From: Planctomycetota bacterium
GTDB taxonomy: Bacteria > Planctomycetota > UBA1135 > UBA2386
Assembly (NCBI GenBank): GCA_046290465.1
Contig: JBKAGP010000001.1
Span: 6,496,001 to 6,560,000 of the forward strand
Direction of reading: 5' to 3'
DNA length: 64,000 bases
Shown: piece after piece, positions 28,354 to 38,112 of the stretch
Layout of the letters: the number at the start of each line of letters is the position of its first letter
Position numbering within the stretch: the first letter of the stretch is position 1
Program-made: the position numbers and the translations under genes
The notes under the pieces: model-generated
What the model was told of the DNA's origin: nothing
The model's database searches: none
Seen by the model: only the letters and a program-made list of their open reading frames with translations

Positions 28354-28990
28354 TCCGGCGCCCGAGCGCGACGACGACAGCACGCTGTTCATCGCGCAGC
28401 GCGTGCAGGAGGGGCGGCAGCAGGCGTGGTCGCGGCTCGCGGCCAAGATCGACGAGTTCCTCGGGCGGACCCGCAACGTCCGCCAGCTGCCGTCCGCCTA
28501 CGAGCCCGACGACTACGTGCAGGAGGTGCTGCTGAAGTTGACCGTCGAGATCCCGCGCATGGAGCTGCGCTCCCGCAAGGAGTTCTGGGCGTTCGTCCGG
28601 CGCGTCGCCGACAACGTGCTGCGCGACCTGCAGCGGCTGGTGTTGGCCGACAAGCGCGGCGGCGGCCGCGAACGCCTGCTCGACACGGCCAATCCGCACG
28701 GCATGGACCTGCAGGATCCGGCCAGCTGGTCGGCGAGTGCGGAGTTCCGCGGCCGCGAGATCGAGCAGCTCGAGGAGGAGTGCGTCGGCGCGCTCGGCCG
28801 CGACGAGGCGCGGCAGGTCTACCTGCTGCGCCGCCGTCAGGGGCTCAGCTACGAGCAGATCGCCGAGAAGGTCGGACGCAACAAGCCCGGCACGGTCAAG
28901 GTCATCTACAAGCGGTCGCGCGACGTCGTGATCGCCCGCCTGCGCGACCGGCTCGACGGCTACGCGACCGGGCTGGCGAACCTCGACTGA
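28334..28990 (+). CDS. ECF RNA polymerase sigma factor
   Basis: Region 2 (AWSRL...DDYVQEV...[11 protein letters not shown]) and region 4 ([17 protein letters not shown]). Confidence 0.88.
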   Translation: MPPVPGDPAPERDDDSTLFIAQRVQEGRQQAWSRLAAKIDEFLGRTRNVRQLPSAYEPDDYVQEVLLKLTVEIPRMELRSRKEFWAFVRRVADNVLRDLQRLVLADKRGGGRERLLDTANPHGMDLQDPASWSASAEFRGREIEQLEEECVGALGRDEARQVYLLRRRQGLSYEQIAEKVGRNKPGTVKVIYKRSRDVVIARLRDRLDGYATGLANLD

Positions 28991-29001
28991 ACGCGTCGGG
29001 T

Positions 29002-30255
29002 TCAGTTCTCCAGCAGCCGCCGCGGCGCGAACATCGGCAGCGCCGGGTGCTCGCTGCTGCCGTCGACGATCATCTCGGCGAGGCTGCGACCGGCGAGGAA
29101 CGCGAACGACAGGCCGTAGCCGTTGAACGCCAGCAGCGCGAACTCGCCGGGCTGGCCCGGCAGCGCGCCGCACAGCGGCAGGCCGTCCGGCGAGCCGGCC
29201 ATGATGCCGGTCCACACGTGCGGGAACGGCACGTCGCGCAGCGCCGGGAAGTGCTCGTGCGCATACTGCAGCAGGTTGTCGGTGATCTGCCGGTTGTGGC
29301 CGGAGTCGTCGACCAGGTCGTGCTCTTCACCCGGGACCGACCAGCGCATGCCGCCGATCACGAAGCGGCCGCGGTGCATGCGGAAGTACTCGTAGCAGAA
29401 GTTGCTCGACATCGCGTAGTCGGGGAAGCGACCCGCGATCTCGTCGGGCAGCGCATCGGTCGCCAGGATCTGGCCGCGATACGCGAACACCGTGCGGGCC
29501 AGCAGCCCGGTGCGGTCGAGCTGGGGCGAAAGCGACGACGTGCAGTGCACGACGATCTGGCACGGCAGGCTGCGGCCGTCGTCGAGCTGCACGGTGAAGT
29601 CGCCGGCCTCGCCGTCGATCGCCCGCACCGCGCAACCCTCGGCGATCCGGGCGCCGGCGTCGCGGGCGCGCTGCGCCAGCCCGCGCACCATCGCCGCGGG
29701 CTGCACGATCGCTTCCTCGGCGAGGAACAGGCCGCCGTGGAAGCCGCGTGCCAGCGGCAGCCGTTCGGCGACCCGGTCGGCCGGGACCAGTTCGTGTTCG
29801 CGGCCCTCGTCGGCCAGCAGGCCCGCGGCCTGCTGCAGTTCGCGCCACTCGTGCGCCGTCTCGGCGAGCCGCAGCCCGCCCTGCTGACGCAGGTCGCAGG
29901 CGATGTCGGCGTCGCGCAGTTCCTGCAGCATCACGTCGTGGTTGCGCTGCAGGAAGTCCCACAGCAGCGGTGCGCGCTCGCCGCCGAACTGGCCGTGGAT
30001 GCGGTTGTAGTGCTCGCCGAGGCCGAGCAGCAGCTGGCCGTCGTTGCGGCCGGATGCGCGGCCGGCGACCTCGCCGGCCTCGAGCACGACGACGTCGATG
30101 CCGGCGCGGGCGAGGTGCAGCGCGGTCGAGACACCGGCGATGCCGCCGCCGATCACCGCGACGGTCGCGCGTTCGGGAACCGGTTCGCGAGGAAGGGCCG
30201 CTGCTTCGCGCAGCCAGGCACTCGTCGTTGCGGGTGGGTGGGCCACGGCGAACAT
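29002..30255 (-). CDS. FAD-dependent amine/amino-acid oxidoreductase (DAO/PuuB-like)
   Basis: [31 protein letters not shown]. Confidence 0.9.
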   Translation of the reverse strand: MFAVAHPPATTSAWLREAAALPREPVPERATVAVIGGGIAGVSTALHLARAGIDVVVLEAGEVAGRASGRNDGQLLLGLGEHYNRIHGQFGGERAPLLWDFLQRNHDVMLQELRDADIACDLRQQGGLRLAETAHEWRELQQAAGLLADEGREHELVPADRVAERLPLARGFHGGLFLAEEAIVQPAAMVRGLAQRARDAGARIAEGCAVRAIDGEAGDFTVQLDDGRSLPCQIVVHCTSSLSPQLDRTGLLARTVFAYRGQILATDALPDEIAGRFPDYAMSSNFCYEYFRMHRGRFVIGGMRWSVPGEEHDLVDDSGHNRQITDNLLQYAHEHFPALRDVPFPHVWTGIMAGSPDGLPLCGALPGQPGEFALLAFNGYGLSFAFLAGRSLAEMIVDGSSEHPALPMFAPRRLLEN

Positions 30256-30462
30256 GGTGCGGGCGCGACGACGCCGTGCAAGCGATCCCCCCGCGGCGGC
30301 GACCGGGCGGTGCGAATCTACGCCACTCGGCGTAGGCGAGCGGCAGGGGGCGGCGGAGGGGGCGGCGGGCGGCGACCGCGCAGCGGGGCGGACGTCGTCG
30401 GGTGGCTCGCGGGGGCCGCGTTGGCGGCTACCGGGCCGGTCGCAACCGGAACGGGGCGCCGG

Positions 30463-30603
30463 TCAGCCCTTCATGATCGCCAGGAGGAACAGCATGCCGA
30501 TGCCCAGCAGGGTCAGGGCGACGGACGTGCGGTTCAGGCCGGCAGCGGAGGTGGTGGTGGTTCCTTCTCGCATTGGCTCGGGGTGGTGGGTGGTCGTCTC
30601 CAT
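30463..30603 (-). CDS. Small single-TM hypothetical protein
   Basis: METTTHH...[19 protein letters not shown]. Fills an otherwise empty gap; start uncertain (could extend to 30675). Confidence 0.4.
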   Translation of the reverse strand: METTTHHPEPMREGTTTTSAAGLNRTSVALTLLGIGMLFLLAIMKG

Positions 30604-30812
30604 CGCAGTCGTGCCGTTGGTGGTGGTGGGTGCGGGCTGGTCGGCCCTGGCATGACTCCGCGGAGACCGTGTCATCGTTTAGTCCGACACCGATCGGGGG
30701 TTGCAGGTGTCGGAGCGGGTCGGGCAGAAAAGTTCGGATGGGTGGTGGGGGCTACTACGGGGCAAGGACGAAAGCGCTCCGCGCGGCACGCGGACTTTGA
30801 AAGTGCTTTTCA

Positions 30813-30919
30813 CCAGGGCTCCGCTAGAGTGTTCGGCCAATTCTCCAACGACGAGGGCGGGCCACGACCGCCCGCGGGAGCGAACTTGCGCCCTCGCGTA
30901 ACGAGAACACTAGCCCTGG
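30813..30919 (+). ncRNA. Candidate structured 5' leader of metK
   Basis: Three nested perfect helices: CCAGGGCT/AGCCCTGG, AGTGTTC/GAACACT, CGAGGGCG/CGCCCTCG. Confidence 0.5.
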
Positions 30920-30927
30920 ACCGTCAC

Positions 30928-32088
30928 ATGAGCAAGGAACTGCGTCTCTTCACCAGCGAATCCGTCTCCGAAGGCCACCCGGACAAGGTCTGCGACCAGA
31001 TCTCGGACGCCGTGCTGGACGCCATCCTCGCCCAGGACCCGAACGCCCGCGTTGCCTGCGAGACGATGGTCTCGCGCGGCTTCGCCGTGCTCGCCGGTGA
31101 GATCTCCACGACGGCCTACGTCGACTTCCAGGAGACCGCCCGCAACGTCATCAAGGAGATCGGCTACGACGATCCCGAAGTCGGCTTCGACTCCAACTCC
31201 TGCGCGGTGTTGACGTCGATCCAAGCGCAGTCGGCCGACATCGCGCTCGGCGTCGACGAGGCGACCTCGGCGAGCAAGGAGCAGGGCGCTGGCGACCAGG
31301 GCATGATGTTCGGCTACGCGTGCAACGAGACGGACGCGCTGATGCCGTTCCCGATCCACTACAGCCACCGGATCCTCGAAAAGCTCGCCGAGGTCCGCAA
31401 GAACGGCAAGTACGCGTTCCTGCGCCCGGACAGCAAGAGCCAGCTGACGGTCGAATACGACGCCGACGGCAAGCCCAAGCACGTCAACACGGTCGTCATC
31501 TCGCACCAGCACACTGCCGACGTGTCGACCGAAGAGCTCGCCGCGGCCCTCAAGCAGACCTGCCTCGAGGTGCTGCCGGCCGAGATGGTCAACGCCGACA
31601 CCCGCTGGTTCCTGAACCCGACCGGCCGCTTCGTCGAGGGCGGCCCGAAGGCGGACGCCGGCCTGACCGGTCGCAAGATCATCGTCGACACCTACGGCGG
31701 CATGGGCCGCCACGGCGGCGGCGCGTTCTCGGGCAAGGACCCGAGCAAGGTCGACCGTTCGGCTGCCTACGCCAGCCGCTGGGTCGCCAAGAACGTCGTC
31801 GCCGCTGGCTACGCCGACCGCTGCGAGGTCCAGGTGGCCTACGCGATCGGCATCGCCGAGCCGGTCAGCATCCGCTGCGATCTGTTCGGCACCGGCAAGG
31901 TCGACGAGGACAAGCTGACCGCGGCGATCCGCGAGGTCTTCGACCTGCGCCCGGCCGGCATCATCCGCGACCTGGAGCTGAAGCGTCCGTGCTTCCGCGC
32001 GACCGCCGCCTACGGCCACTTCGGCCGCCCGGACTTCGCCTGGGAGCGGACCAACCGCGTCGAAGCGCTGCAGAAGCTGCTCGGCTGA
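30928..32088 (+). CDS. metK: S-adenosylmethionine synthetase
   Basis: [28 protein letters not shown]. Confidence 0.98.
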   Translation: MSKELRLFTSESVSEGHPDKVCDQISDAVLDAILAQDPNARVACETMVSRGFAVLAGEISTTAYVDFQETARNVIKEIGYDDPEVGFDSNSCAVLTSIQAQSADIALGVDEATSASKEQGAGDQGMMFGYACNETDALMPFPIHYSHRILEKLAEVRKNGKYAFLRPDSKSQLTVEYDADGKPKHVNTVVISHQHTADVSTEELAAALKQTCLEVLPAEMVNADTRWFLNPTGRFVEGGPKADAGLTGRKIIVDTYGGMGRHGGGAFSGKDPSKVDRSAAYASRWVAKNVVAAGYADRCEVQVAYAIGIAEPVSIRCDLFGTGKVDEDKLTAAIREVFDLRPAGIIRDLELKRPCFRATAAYGHFGRPDFAWERTNRVEALQKLLG

Positions 32089-32352
32089 TCGCCCGAGCTC
32101 CTGCCGACGCGGACCCGGCCGATCGAGCCGGGATCCGGACCCGGGCCGCACCTGCCGGCCCCAGCCCCCTCGTCCAGGCGACCGGATTTTGCCGGCGAGG
32201 GCCTGACGGAACGGGGATTGCTCCGGTCCGGTCCATCGTCCCTTCCGCGAGTCGGTTTCTGGCTCGAAGTTGGTTTCGCAGCGGCGGTTCCCGACTAGGA
32301 ACCGATAGCTTGGAAGTCGTCCGGTCGGGACCGGCACACACTCCTCGGCGAG

Positions 32353-33462
32353 GTGGACATGCAAGAGCAAGAAGTCGAAGTCTCCTTCTGTGACCTGTGC
32401 GGCACTTCGGTGCCCGCCGGTGACATCGAGTCCAAGCAGGCGATCGTGCACCAGGGCAAGACGGTCGGCAGCTGCTGCCTGTCGACGCTGCGTGGAGCGG
32501 TCCCGCCGCCCGTTCCGCCCGTCGCCGAAGCGCCGAAGCCGGCGGCCACGCCGGTCGAGAAGGCCGCGACCGCGGGCGACGGCAACCGGCTGATGACCGT
32601 CGCGATCGTGCTGCTCGCCGCGCTCGCCGGCGGCGTCATCTTCCTCGACAGCCGGATCTCGCGGATCGAGGACGCCTGGACCCAGGCCCAGAGCGACAAT
32701 GAGACCCGCCAGAAGGCCGACAGCGAGGCGCTGCTCGGCGTCGGGCTCAAGCTCGACGGCGTCGCCAACCGCGCCGACGTGCAGTCGCTGCGCGACAAGC
32801 ACGCCGAACTCGCCACCGAGCTGGCCGGGCTCGAGGCCGCGGCCGGCAAGCGCCAGGCCGTGATCGAGCAGGAACTCGACGGGCTGCGCCGCGCCGTGCG
32901 CACGGCCGAGGACAAGATCGTCGACTACCGGCCGCTGTTCGAGGACCTGCGGCAGCGCCACACCCGCGCGATCGCGGCGATCGAAGGCATGCGCGACCGC
33001 GTCGCGGCGGTGCCCGCGTCGGTCGCCCCGACCGAGGAGCCGGTCGACCCGACGCCGAGCGTGCCGACCAGCGACCTGCCCGCGGACCTGGCCGAGCAGG
33101 TCAAGAACCTGGCCGCTGCCGATCCGGCGGTGCGCTTCGAGGCGGTCGACGTGCTCGTCGAGAGCAAGAACCTCAAGGTGCTGCCGCACCTGCTGCCGCT
33201 CGCCAAGGACCCGGACGCATTCGTGCGCCGGTTGACCGTCGAGGGGCTGCGCGAGTTCCAGAAGGCAGAGGCGATCGATGCGCTGGTCGACGCGCTGCGC
33301 GACGAGGACGAGAACGTCTGCGACACCGCCTGGCGTTCGCTGCGCGACATCTCGGGCCAGAAGTTCCCGTTCGATGCGTCGGCCAACAAGGAGTCGCGCG
33401 CCCGCGCGGCGCAGAAGTGGGCCGACTGGTGGGCGAAGGCCCGCGATACGTTCGGTTCGTAG
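32353..33462 (+). CDS. Zn-ribbon / TM / coiled-coil / HEAT-repeat protein
   Basis: CDLC...CC, single TM, coiled coil, HEAT repeats (DPAVRFEAV, DPDAFVRR). Confidence 0.75.
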   Translation: MDMQEQEVEVSFCDLCGTSVPAGDIESKQAIVHQGKTVGSCCLSTLRGAVPPPVPPVAEAPKPAATPVEKAATAGDGNRLMTVAIVLLAALAGGVIFLDSRISRIEDAWTQAQSDNETRQKADSEALLGVGLKLDGVANRADVQSLRDKHAELATELAGLEAAAGKRQAVIEQELDGLRRAVRTAEDKIVDYRPLFEDLRQRHTRAIAAIEGMRDRVAAVPASVAPTEEPVDPTPSVPTSDLPADLAEQVKNLAAADPAVRFEAVDVLVESKNLKVLPHLLPLAKDPDAFVRRLTVEGLREFQKAEAIDALVDALRDEDENVCDTAWRSLRDISGQKFPFDASANKESRARAAQKWADWWAKARDTFGS

Positions 33463-33599
33463 CGGCGCCGCTCGCGGCTGCCGAATCGGTTTGTCCGCCT
33501 TGTCGACACTCGCGGTGGGAATCCGCGGGGCGCCTGCTACAAGTTCCCGGGACGACCTGCGCTGTGTGAGCAGCCGGGGACGTCTCCTAGGAACACAGC

Positions 33600-35039
33600 A
33601 TGACCTGGCACAACCGCACGAAGATCGTCGCGACCATCGGTCCCGCCTCGCACACCGAAGAGACCATCGAGGAACTGATCCGCGTCGGCGTCGACGTCTT
33701 CCGGATCAACTGCGCGCACGCGAGCCACGATTCGATCCGCAAGATCGTCAAGCGCATCCGCAAGATCGCCAAGCGGCTCGACGCCGCCATCGGCATCCTG
33801 GCCGACCTGCAGGGGCCGAAGATCCGCGTCGGCAAGCTGAAGAACGCCGAGCCGCTCTACCTCAAGCGCGGCATGAAGGTCGTGATCGACTGCACGCCGG
33901 ACGTCATCGGCGAAGCGAAGGAAGACGGCTCGGTCTTGATCGGCACCGGCTACGAGCGGCTCGCCAAGGACGTCGGCCGCGGCGAACGCATCCTGCTCGA
34001 CGACGGCAACCTCGAGGTCAAGGTGCAGCAGGTCGACGGTCCGCGCATCACCACGAAGGTGGTCTACGGCGGCATGCTGATCCAGTCCAAGGGCATCAAC
34101 CTGCCGGGCACCAAGGTCTCGGCGAGCTGCCTGTCGAAGAAGGACCTCGCGGACCTGAGCGTCGCGATCGAGGCCGAGGTCGACTTCGTCGCGCTGTCGT
34201 TCGTGCGCATGGCCTCCGACGTCGAGGAACTGCGCAAGCACATCCACAAGCGCAAGGGCGACGTGCGCATCATCTCGAAGATCGAACGTCCCGAGGCGGT
34301 CAAGAACCTCGAGTCGATCCTGGCGGTGACCGACGCGGTGATGGTCGCGCGCGGCGACATGGGCGTCGAGCTGGGCCCGGAGGTCGTGCCGCAGGTGCAG
34401 AAGCGCATCATCGAGCTGTGCAACCAGGCGCGGAAGCCGGTGATCACCGCGACCCAGATGCTCGAGACGATGATCGCCAACCCGCGTCCGACCCGCGCCG
34501 AGGCCAGCGACGTCGCCAACGCGATCTACGACGGCACCTCGGCGGTGATGCTGTCCGGCGAGACGGCCTCCGGGAAGTACCCGGTCCGCACGGTGCGCAC
34601 GATGGAGAAGATCGTGCGTTCGGCCGAGCAGGAGGCCTACGTGTCGATGAGCGACCGGCGCCGCCGGCTGCGCGACCACATCTCGCCGTCGGAGGCGACC
34701 GTGCGCGCCGCCGCGTTCGCGGCCTACAACACCGGCGCCAAGCTGATCGCGTGCTACACCGAGACCGGCTCGACGGCGCTGCAGCTGGCCGGCGAGCGGC
34801 CGCCGACGCACGTGATCGGCTTCACCCCGTCGCAGCGCACGGTCCAGAAGCTGGCGCTGGTCTGGGGCGTGATCCCGCGCAAGGTCCGCGCGGGCCGGAC
34901 CAGCCACGCGCTGACGCTCGACGGCGACCGGATCATGCGCGAGCAGGGCATGGTCAAGCCGGGCGACCGGGTCGTGCAGATCGCCGGGACGGTGCGCCAG
35001 GCGGGCCTGACCAACACGATGAGCATCCGCACGATGTAG
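33600..35039 (+). CDS. pyk: Pyruvate kinase
   Basis: TKIVATIGP, DLQGPKIR, MVARGDMGVE, TATQMLE, MLSGETA. Confidence 0.98.
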   Translation: MTWHNRTKIVATIGPASHTEETIEELIRVGVDVFRINCAHASHDSIRKIVKRIRKIAKRLDAAIGILADLQGPKIRVGKLKNAEPLYLKRGMKVVIDCTPDVIGEAKEDGSVLIGTGYERLAKDVGRGERILLDDGNLEVKVQQVDGPRITTKVVYGGMLIQSKGINLPGTKVSASCLSKKDLADLSVAIEAEVDFVALSFVRMASDVEELRKHIHKRKGDVRIISKIERPEAVKNLESILAVTDAVMVARGDMGVELGPEVVPQVQKRIIELCNQARKPVITATQMLETMIANPRPTRAEASDVANAIYDGTSAVMLSGETASGKYPVRTVRTMEKIVRSAEQEAYVSMSDRRRRLRDHISPSEATVRAAAFAAYNTGAKLIACYTETGSTALQLAGERPPTHVIGFTPSQRTVQKLALVWGVIPRKVRAGRTSHALTLDGDRIMREQGMVKPGDRVVQIAGTVRQAGLTNTMSIRTM

Positions 35040-35132
35040 GTGCGGCCGGCGGGCCCGATCCGCCAGCAGCGGCCCCGCCGCGGCCGGAATCCGGGGATCG
35101 CGGCCAAGGGCACGGCGGGCGCCGGTTCGGCG

Positions 35133-35160
35133 TTGACACGGCCGAGGATCTCGGTAGTCT
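35133..35160 (+). promoter_or_regulatory. Sigma70-type promoter of rplM-rpsI
   Basis: TTGACA-N16-TAGTCT upstream of rplM. Confidence 0.7.
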
Positions 35161-35221
35161 GTTCGCCCCTTTCCGGTGTCTCCAGCCCCGGCTGGCGGCT
35201 CCTTCGTCGACGTATCTGATC

Positions 35222-35659
35222 ATGACCAAGACCACTTTCGCCACCGTCGAAGCGAACCACGAAGCCATGAACACGTGGCGCGTGATCGACGCTACCGGCA
35301 AGACCCTCGGCCGTATGGCCACCGAGATTGCGACGATCCTGATGGGCAAGCACCGTCCGGACTACACGCCGCACATCCTGGTGGGCGAGGGCGTGATCGT
35401 GACCAACGCCGACAAGATCAAGCTGACCGGCAACAAGGCCAACACGCGCGTCTACACGTTCTACACCGGCCACCCGGGTGGCCTGCGCGAGAAGGTGCTG
35501 GGCGAGTACATGGAGTCGGCTCCGGAAGAGGTCGTGCGCCTCGCCGTGCGCCGCATGCTGCCGAAGAACCGTCTGGCTCGGCGCATGATCGCCCGCCTGA
35601 AGGTCTACCGCGGCGAGGCCCACCCGCACGCCGCGCAGAAGCCGGCCGCCCACAGCTAA
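35222..35659 (+). CDS. rplM: 50S ribosomal protein L13
   Basis: WRVIDATGKTLGR, LMGKHRPDYTPH, RRMLPKN, HPHAAQ. Confidence 0.97.
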   Translation: MTKTTFATVEANHEAMNTWRVIDATGKTLGRMATEIATILMGKHRPDYTPHILVGEGVIVTNADKIKLTGNKANTRVYTFYTGHPGGLREKVLGEYMESAPEEVVRLAVRRMLPKNRLARRMIARLKVYRGEAHPHAAQKPAAHS

Positions 35660-35686
35660 CCCGTCGACCCAAGCAGGAATACCACC

Positions 35687-36085
35687 GTGGCAGTAGTCAA
35701 CCCGTACATCTGGGGCACCGGTCGCCGCAAGACGTCGACGGCGCGCGTGCGCATCAAGCCGGGCACCGGCAAGTTCATCGTCAACGGCAAGGAGGTCGAC
35801 GCCTTCTTCGTCACCGAGGACACCCGTCGTTCGGCGATGGAGCCGCTGAAGGTGACCGAGACCCGCAACAACTACGACGTGTGGGTCAACGTCGACGGCG
35901 GTGGCGTCACCGGTCAGGCCGGCGCGACCAGCCTCGGCATCGCGCGCGCGCTGCGCACCGAGAACGAGAACTTCGAAGGCCTTCTGCGTGAGCACGGCCT
36001 GCTGACCCGCGACAGCCGCGAGGTCGAGCGCAAGAAGTACGGCCGCCACAAGGCGCGTCGTTCGACGCAGTTCTCGAAGCGCTAG
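35687..36085 (+). CDS. rpsI: 30S ribosomal protein S9
   Basis: GTGRRKTSTARV...ERKKYG...QFSKR. Confidence 0.98.
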   Translation: MAVVNPYIWGTGRRKTSTARVRIKPGTGKFIVNGKEVDAFFVTEDTRRSAMEPLKVTETRNNYDVWVNVDGGGVTGQAGATSLGIARALRTENENFEGLLREHGLLTRDSREVERKKYGRHKARRSTQFSKR

Positions 36086-36093
36086 GAACTCGG

Positions 36094-36197
36094 CGCGCTG
36101 GAACGACCCCAGCGCGCTGCAACCCCGCTCGCTGGAACCCCCGCGCTGGAATCCCCGCGCTGGAATCCCCGCGCTGGGAACGCCGCGCCGGGAACCC
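36094..36197 (+). repeat. Degenerate ~14-bp tandem repeat (~7 copies)
   Basis: Variants of CGCGCTGGAATCCC just after the rpsI stop. Confidence 0.8.
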
Positions 36198-36327
36198 TGT
36201 TCGCACCGATCGCGCGCGCCTCTGGCCGCGGCGACGGGCGCACGCTCGGCATGGAGCCGGCCGACGGAACGGGATACGCTGGCGGCGCCCCCACTCCGCG
36301 CACGGCGCGGCTGCGACCCTCTCGAAG

Positions 36328-37095
36328 ATGGCTGGCCACTCCCATTCCGCGAACATCCGGTTCCGCAAGGACCGCGTCGACGCGAAGCGCGCGAAGACGT
36401 TCTCGAAGCTGTCCCGCATGATCACCGTCGCCGCCAAGGAGGGCGGCGGGGAACCCGACGCCAACGCCAAGCTGCGGCTGGCGCTCGACAAGGCGCGGGT
36501 GCTGAGCATGCCGAAGGAAGGCATCGAGCGCGCGATCAAGAAGGGCACCGGCGAAGGCACGATCGGCAACTTCGAGGAGATCGTCTACGAGGGCTACGGC
36601 CCGGGCGGCGTCGCCGTGATGATGGAGATCCTGACCGACAACCGGAACCGCTCGGCGGCCGACGTGCGGATGATCATGGAGAAGTGCGGCGGCAACCTCG
36701 GCCAGAACGGCGCGGTCAACTGGATGTTCGACCGCCGCGGTCGCTGGGTCGTGCCGAAGGCGCGGGACGACGGCGACGACTGGACCGAGGAGGCGCTGCT
36801 CGAGGTCGTGCTCGAGTCGGGTGCCGACGACCTCGGCGACGACGGCGACGTGTTCGTCGTGCTGAGTGCGCCCAACGCGTTTGGCGAGGTCAACGCGGCG
36901 CTGTCGGCGGCGAACGTGCAGTTTCGCGAGGCCGGCCTCGCGAGCGTGCCGACGCAGCGCACCGAGGTCACCGATCCCGACGTCGGCAAGAAGCTGATGA
37001 AGATGATCGACGGCCTCGAGGACAACGACGACGTGCAGGAGATCTTCACCAACGAAGCGTTCTCCGACGACGTCCTGAAGGCTCTGGAGGGCTGA
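36328..37095 (+). CDS. yebC: YebC/PmpR-family protein
   Basis: MAGHS, YEGYGPGGVA, TDNRNR, EDNDDVQ. Confidence 0.96.
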   Translation: MAGHSHSANIRFRKDRVDAKRAKTFSKLSRMITVAAKEGGGEPDANAKLRLALDKARVLSMPKEGIERAIKKGTGEGTIGNFEEIVYEGYGPGGVAVMMEILTDNRNRSAADVRMIMEKCGGNLGQNGAVNWMFDRRGRWVVPKARDDGDDWTEEALLEVVLESGADDLGDDGDVFVVLSAPNAFGEVNAALSAANVQFREAGLASVPTQRTEVTDPDVGKKLMKMIDGLEDNDDVQEIFTNEAFSDDVLKALEG

Positions 37096-37097
37096 GT

Positions 37098-38045
37098 TTG
37101 GCGGATACGAAGCGGTGGTTCTGGGTCGGCACGAGGCCCGAGGTTCGCGACGCGTTGGTCGAGGTGTTGGGCGGTCCGCCGCAGGACGGCGCGCTCGACG
37201 TCGCTGCGGGCGACCTCGTCGTGGTCGACCCCACGGCCGACGGCGAAGCCCAGGCGCAGTTGCCGTTCGGGCACGCCTACAGCGGCGTGCGCGCGCTCAA
37301 GCAGCAGCGCGGGGTCGCCGTCTACGTGTTGGTCGACGAGGCCGACGCGCTGGGCGTGCAGCTGGCGCGGTTCGCGCTGGCCGACGGTGTGCTGACGTTC
37401 CGCGAGGACGGTTCGATCGGCACCGACGAGCTGCGCACCGGCGGGCGCACGCCGCGACGCCCGTCGGTCGACGACCTGCTGGCGCGGCTGCAGAAGGAGG
37501 CCGGCGAAGGTGGCCAGGAGAGCAGCCTGCAGCGCCTGATGCGCTTCGAGCGCGAGGACTCCCTGCTGACCAAGCTGCAGGACCCGGAGACCGGCCTGTT
37601 CGACGGTCCGTACGCGACCCTGAAGCTCGACGAGGAGTGGAAGCGTTCGCACCGCTTCCACCAGCCGCTGTCGCTGCTGTTGCTCGACCTCGGCTTCGCA
37701 CCGGACTTGACCGACGTCGACCGGCGCGCGGCGCTGGCCGAGGCGGCCGGCGTGTTCCTCAACGAGTGCCGCGACATCGACGTGCTGGCCCGGTTCTCGC
37801 CCGAGGTGTTCTTGTTCTTGCTGCCGGGCACCGGCGCCGAGGGCGCCCAGGTGCTCGCCGACCGCATCGTCGGTTCGCTGACGGAGCGCCTGCAGGGGCT
37901 GGTCTCGGCACGTCCGGCGGGGGGGCTCGCCTCGGTGCCATCGGCGGAGATCTCCGATCGCAAGCGCTTCGTGGCCGTCGCCGAGGCCTGCCTGGAGCGG
38001 GCCCAGGCAGGGGGCACTGGCGGAGTTTGCAGCTCCTGGCAATAG
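37098..38045 (+). CDS. Degenerate GGDEF-domain protein
   Basis: DPETGLF...LSLLLLDL...RDIDVLARFSPEVFLFLLP (GGDEF replaced by SPEVF). TTG start 2 nt after the yebC stop. Confidence 0.8.
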   Translation: MADTKRWFWVGTRPEVRDALVEVLGGPPQDGALDVAAGDLVVVDPTADGEAQAQLPFGHAYSGVRALKQQRGVAVYVLVDEADALGVQLARFALADGVLTFREDGSIGTDELRTGGRTPRRPSVDDLLARLQKEAGEGGQESSLQRLMRFEREDSLLTKLQDPETGLFDGPYATLKLDEEWKRSHRFHQPLSLLLLDLGFAPDLTDVDRRAALAEAAGVFLNECRDIDVLARFSPEVFLFLLPGTGAEGAQVLADRIVGSLTERLQGLVSARPAGGLASVPSAEISDRKRFVAVAEACLERAQAGGTGGVCSSWQ

Positions 38046-38062
38046 TCGGAAGGGAGGCCGTA
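38041..38062 (+). promoter_or_regulatory. Putative ECF promoter AATAGTCG-N10-CGTA
   Basis: Repeated motif upstream of ATG 38113; overlaps the upstream stop codon. Confidence 0.4.
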
Positions 38063-38112
38063 GGCCCGTGCTGGCTCGTCGCGCCCGGTGCGCGGGCCCG
38101 CCATCCGTTGCC

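Noticed and set aside
30813..30919. 6S RNA or known SAM-I/II/III riboswitch
   Set aside because: Too short for 6S and no recognisable class consensus by eye; kept only as an unclassified candidate.
28426..32088. 1220-aa 'MetK fusion'
   Set aside because: Spurious upstream extension across other genes; MetK starts at 30928.
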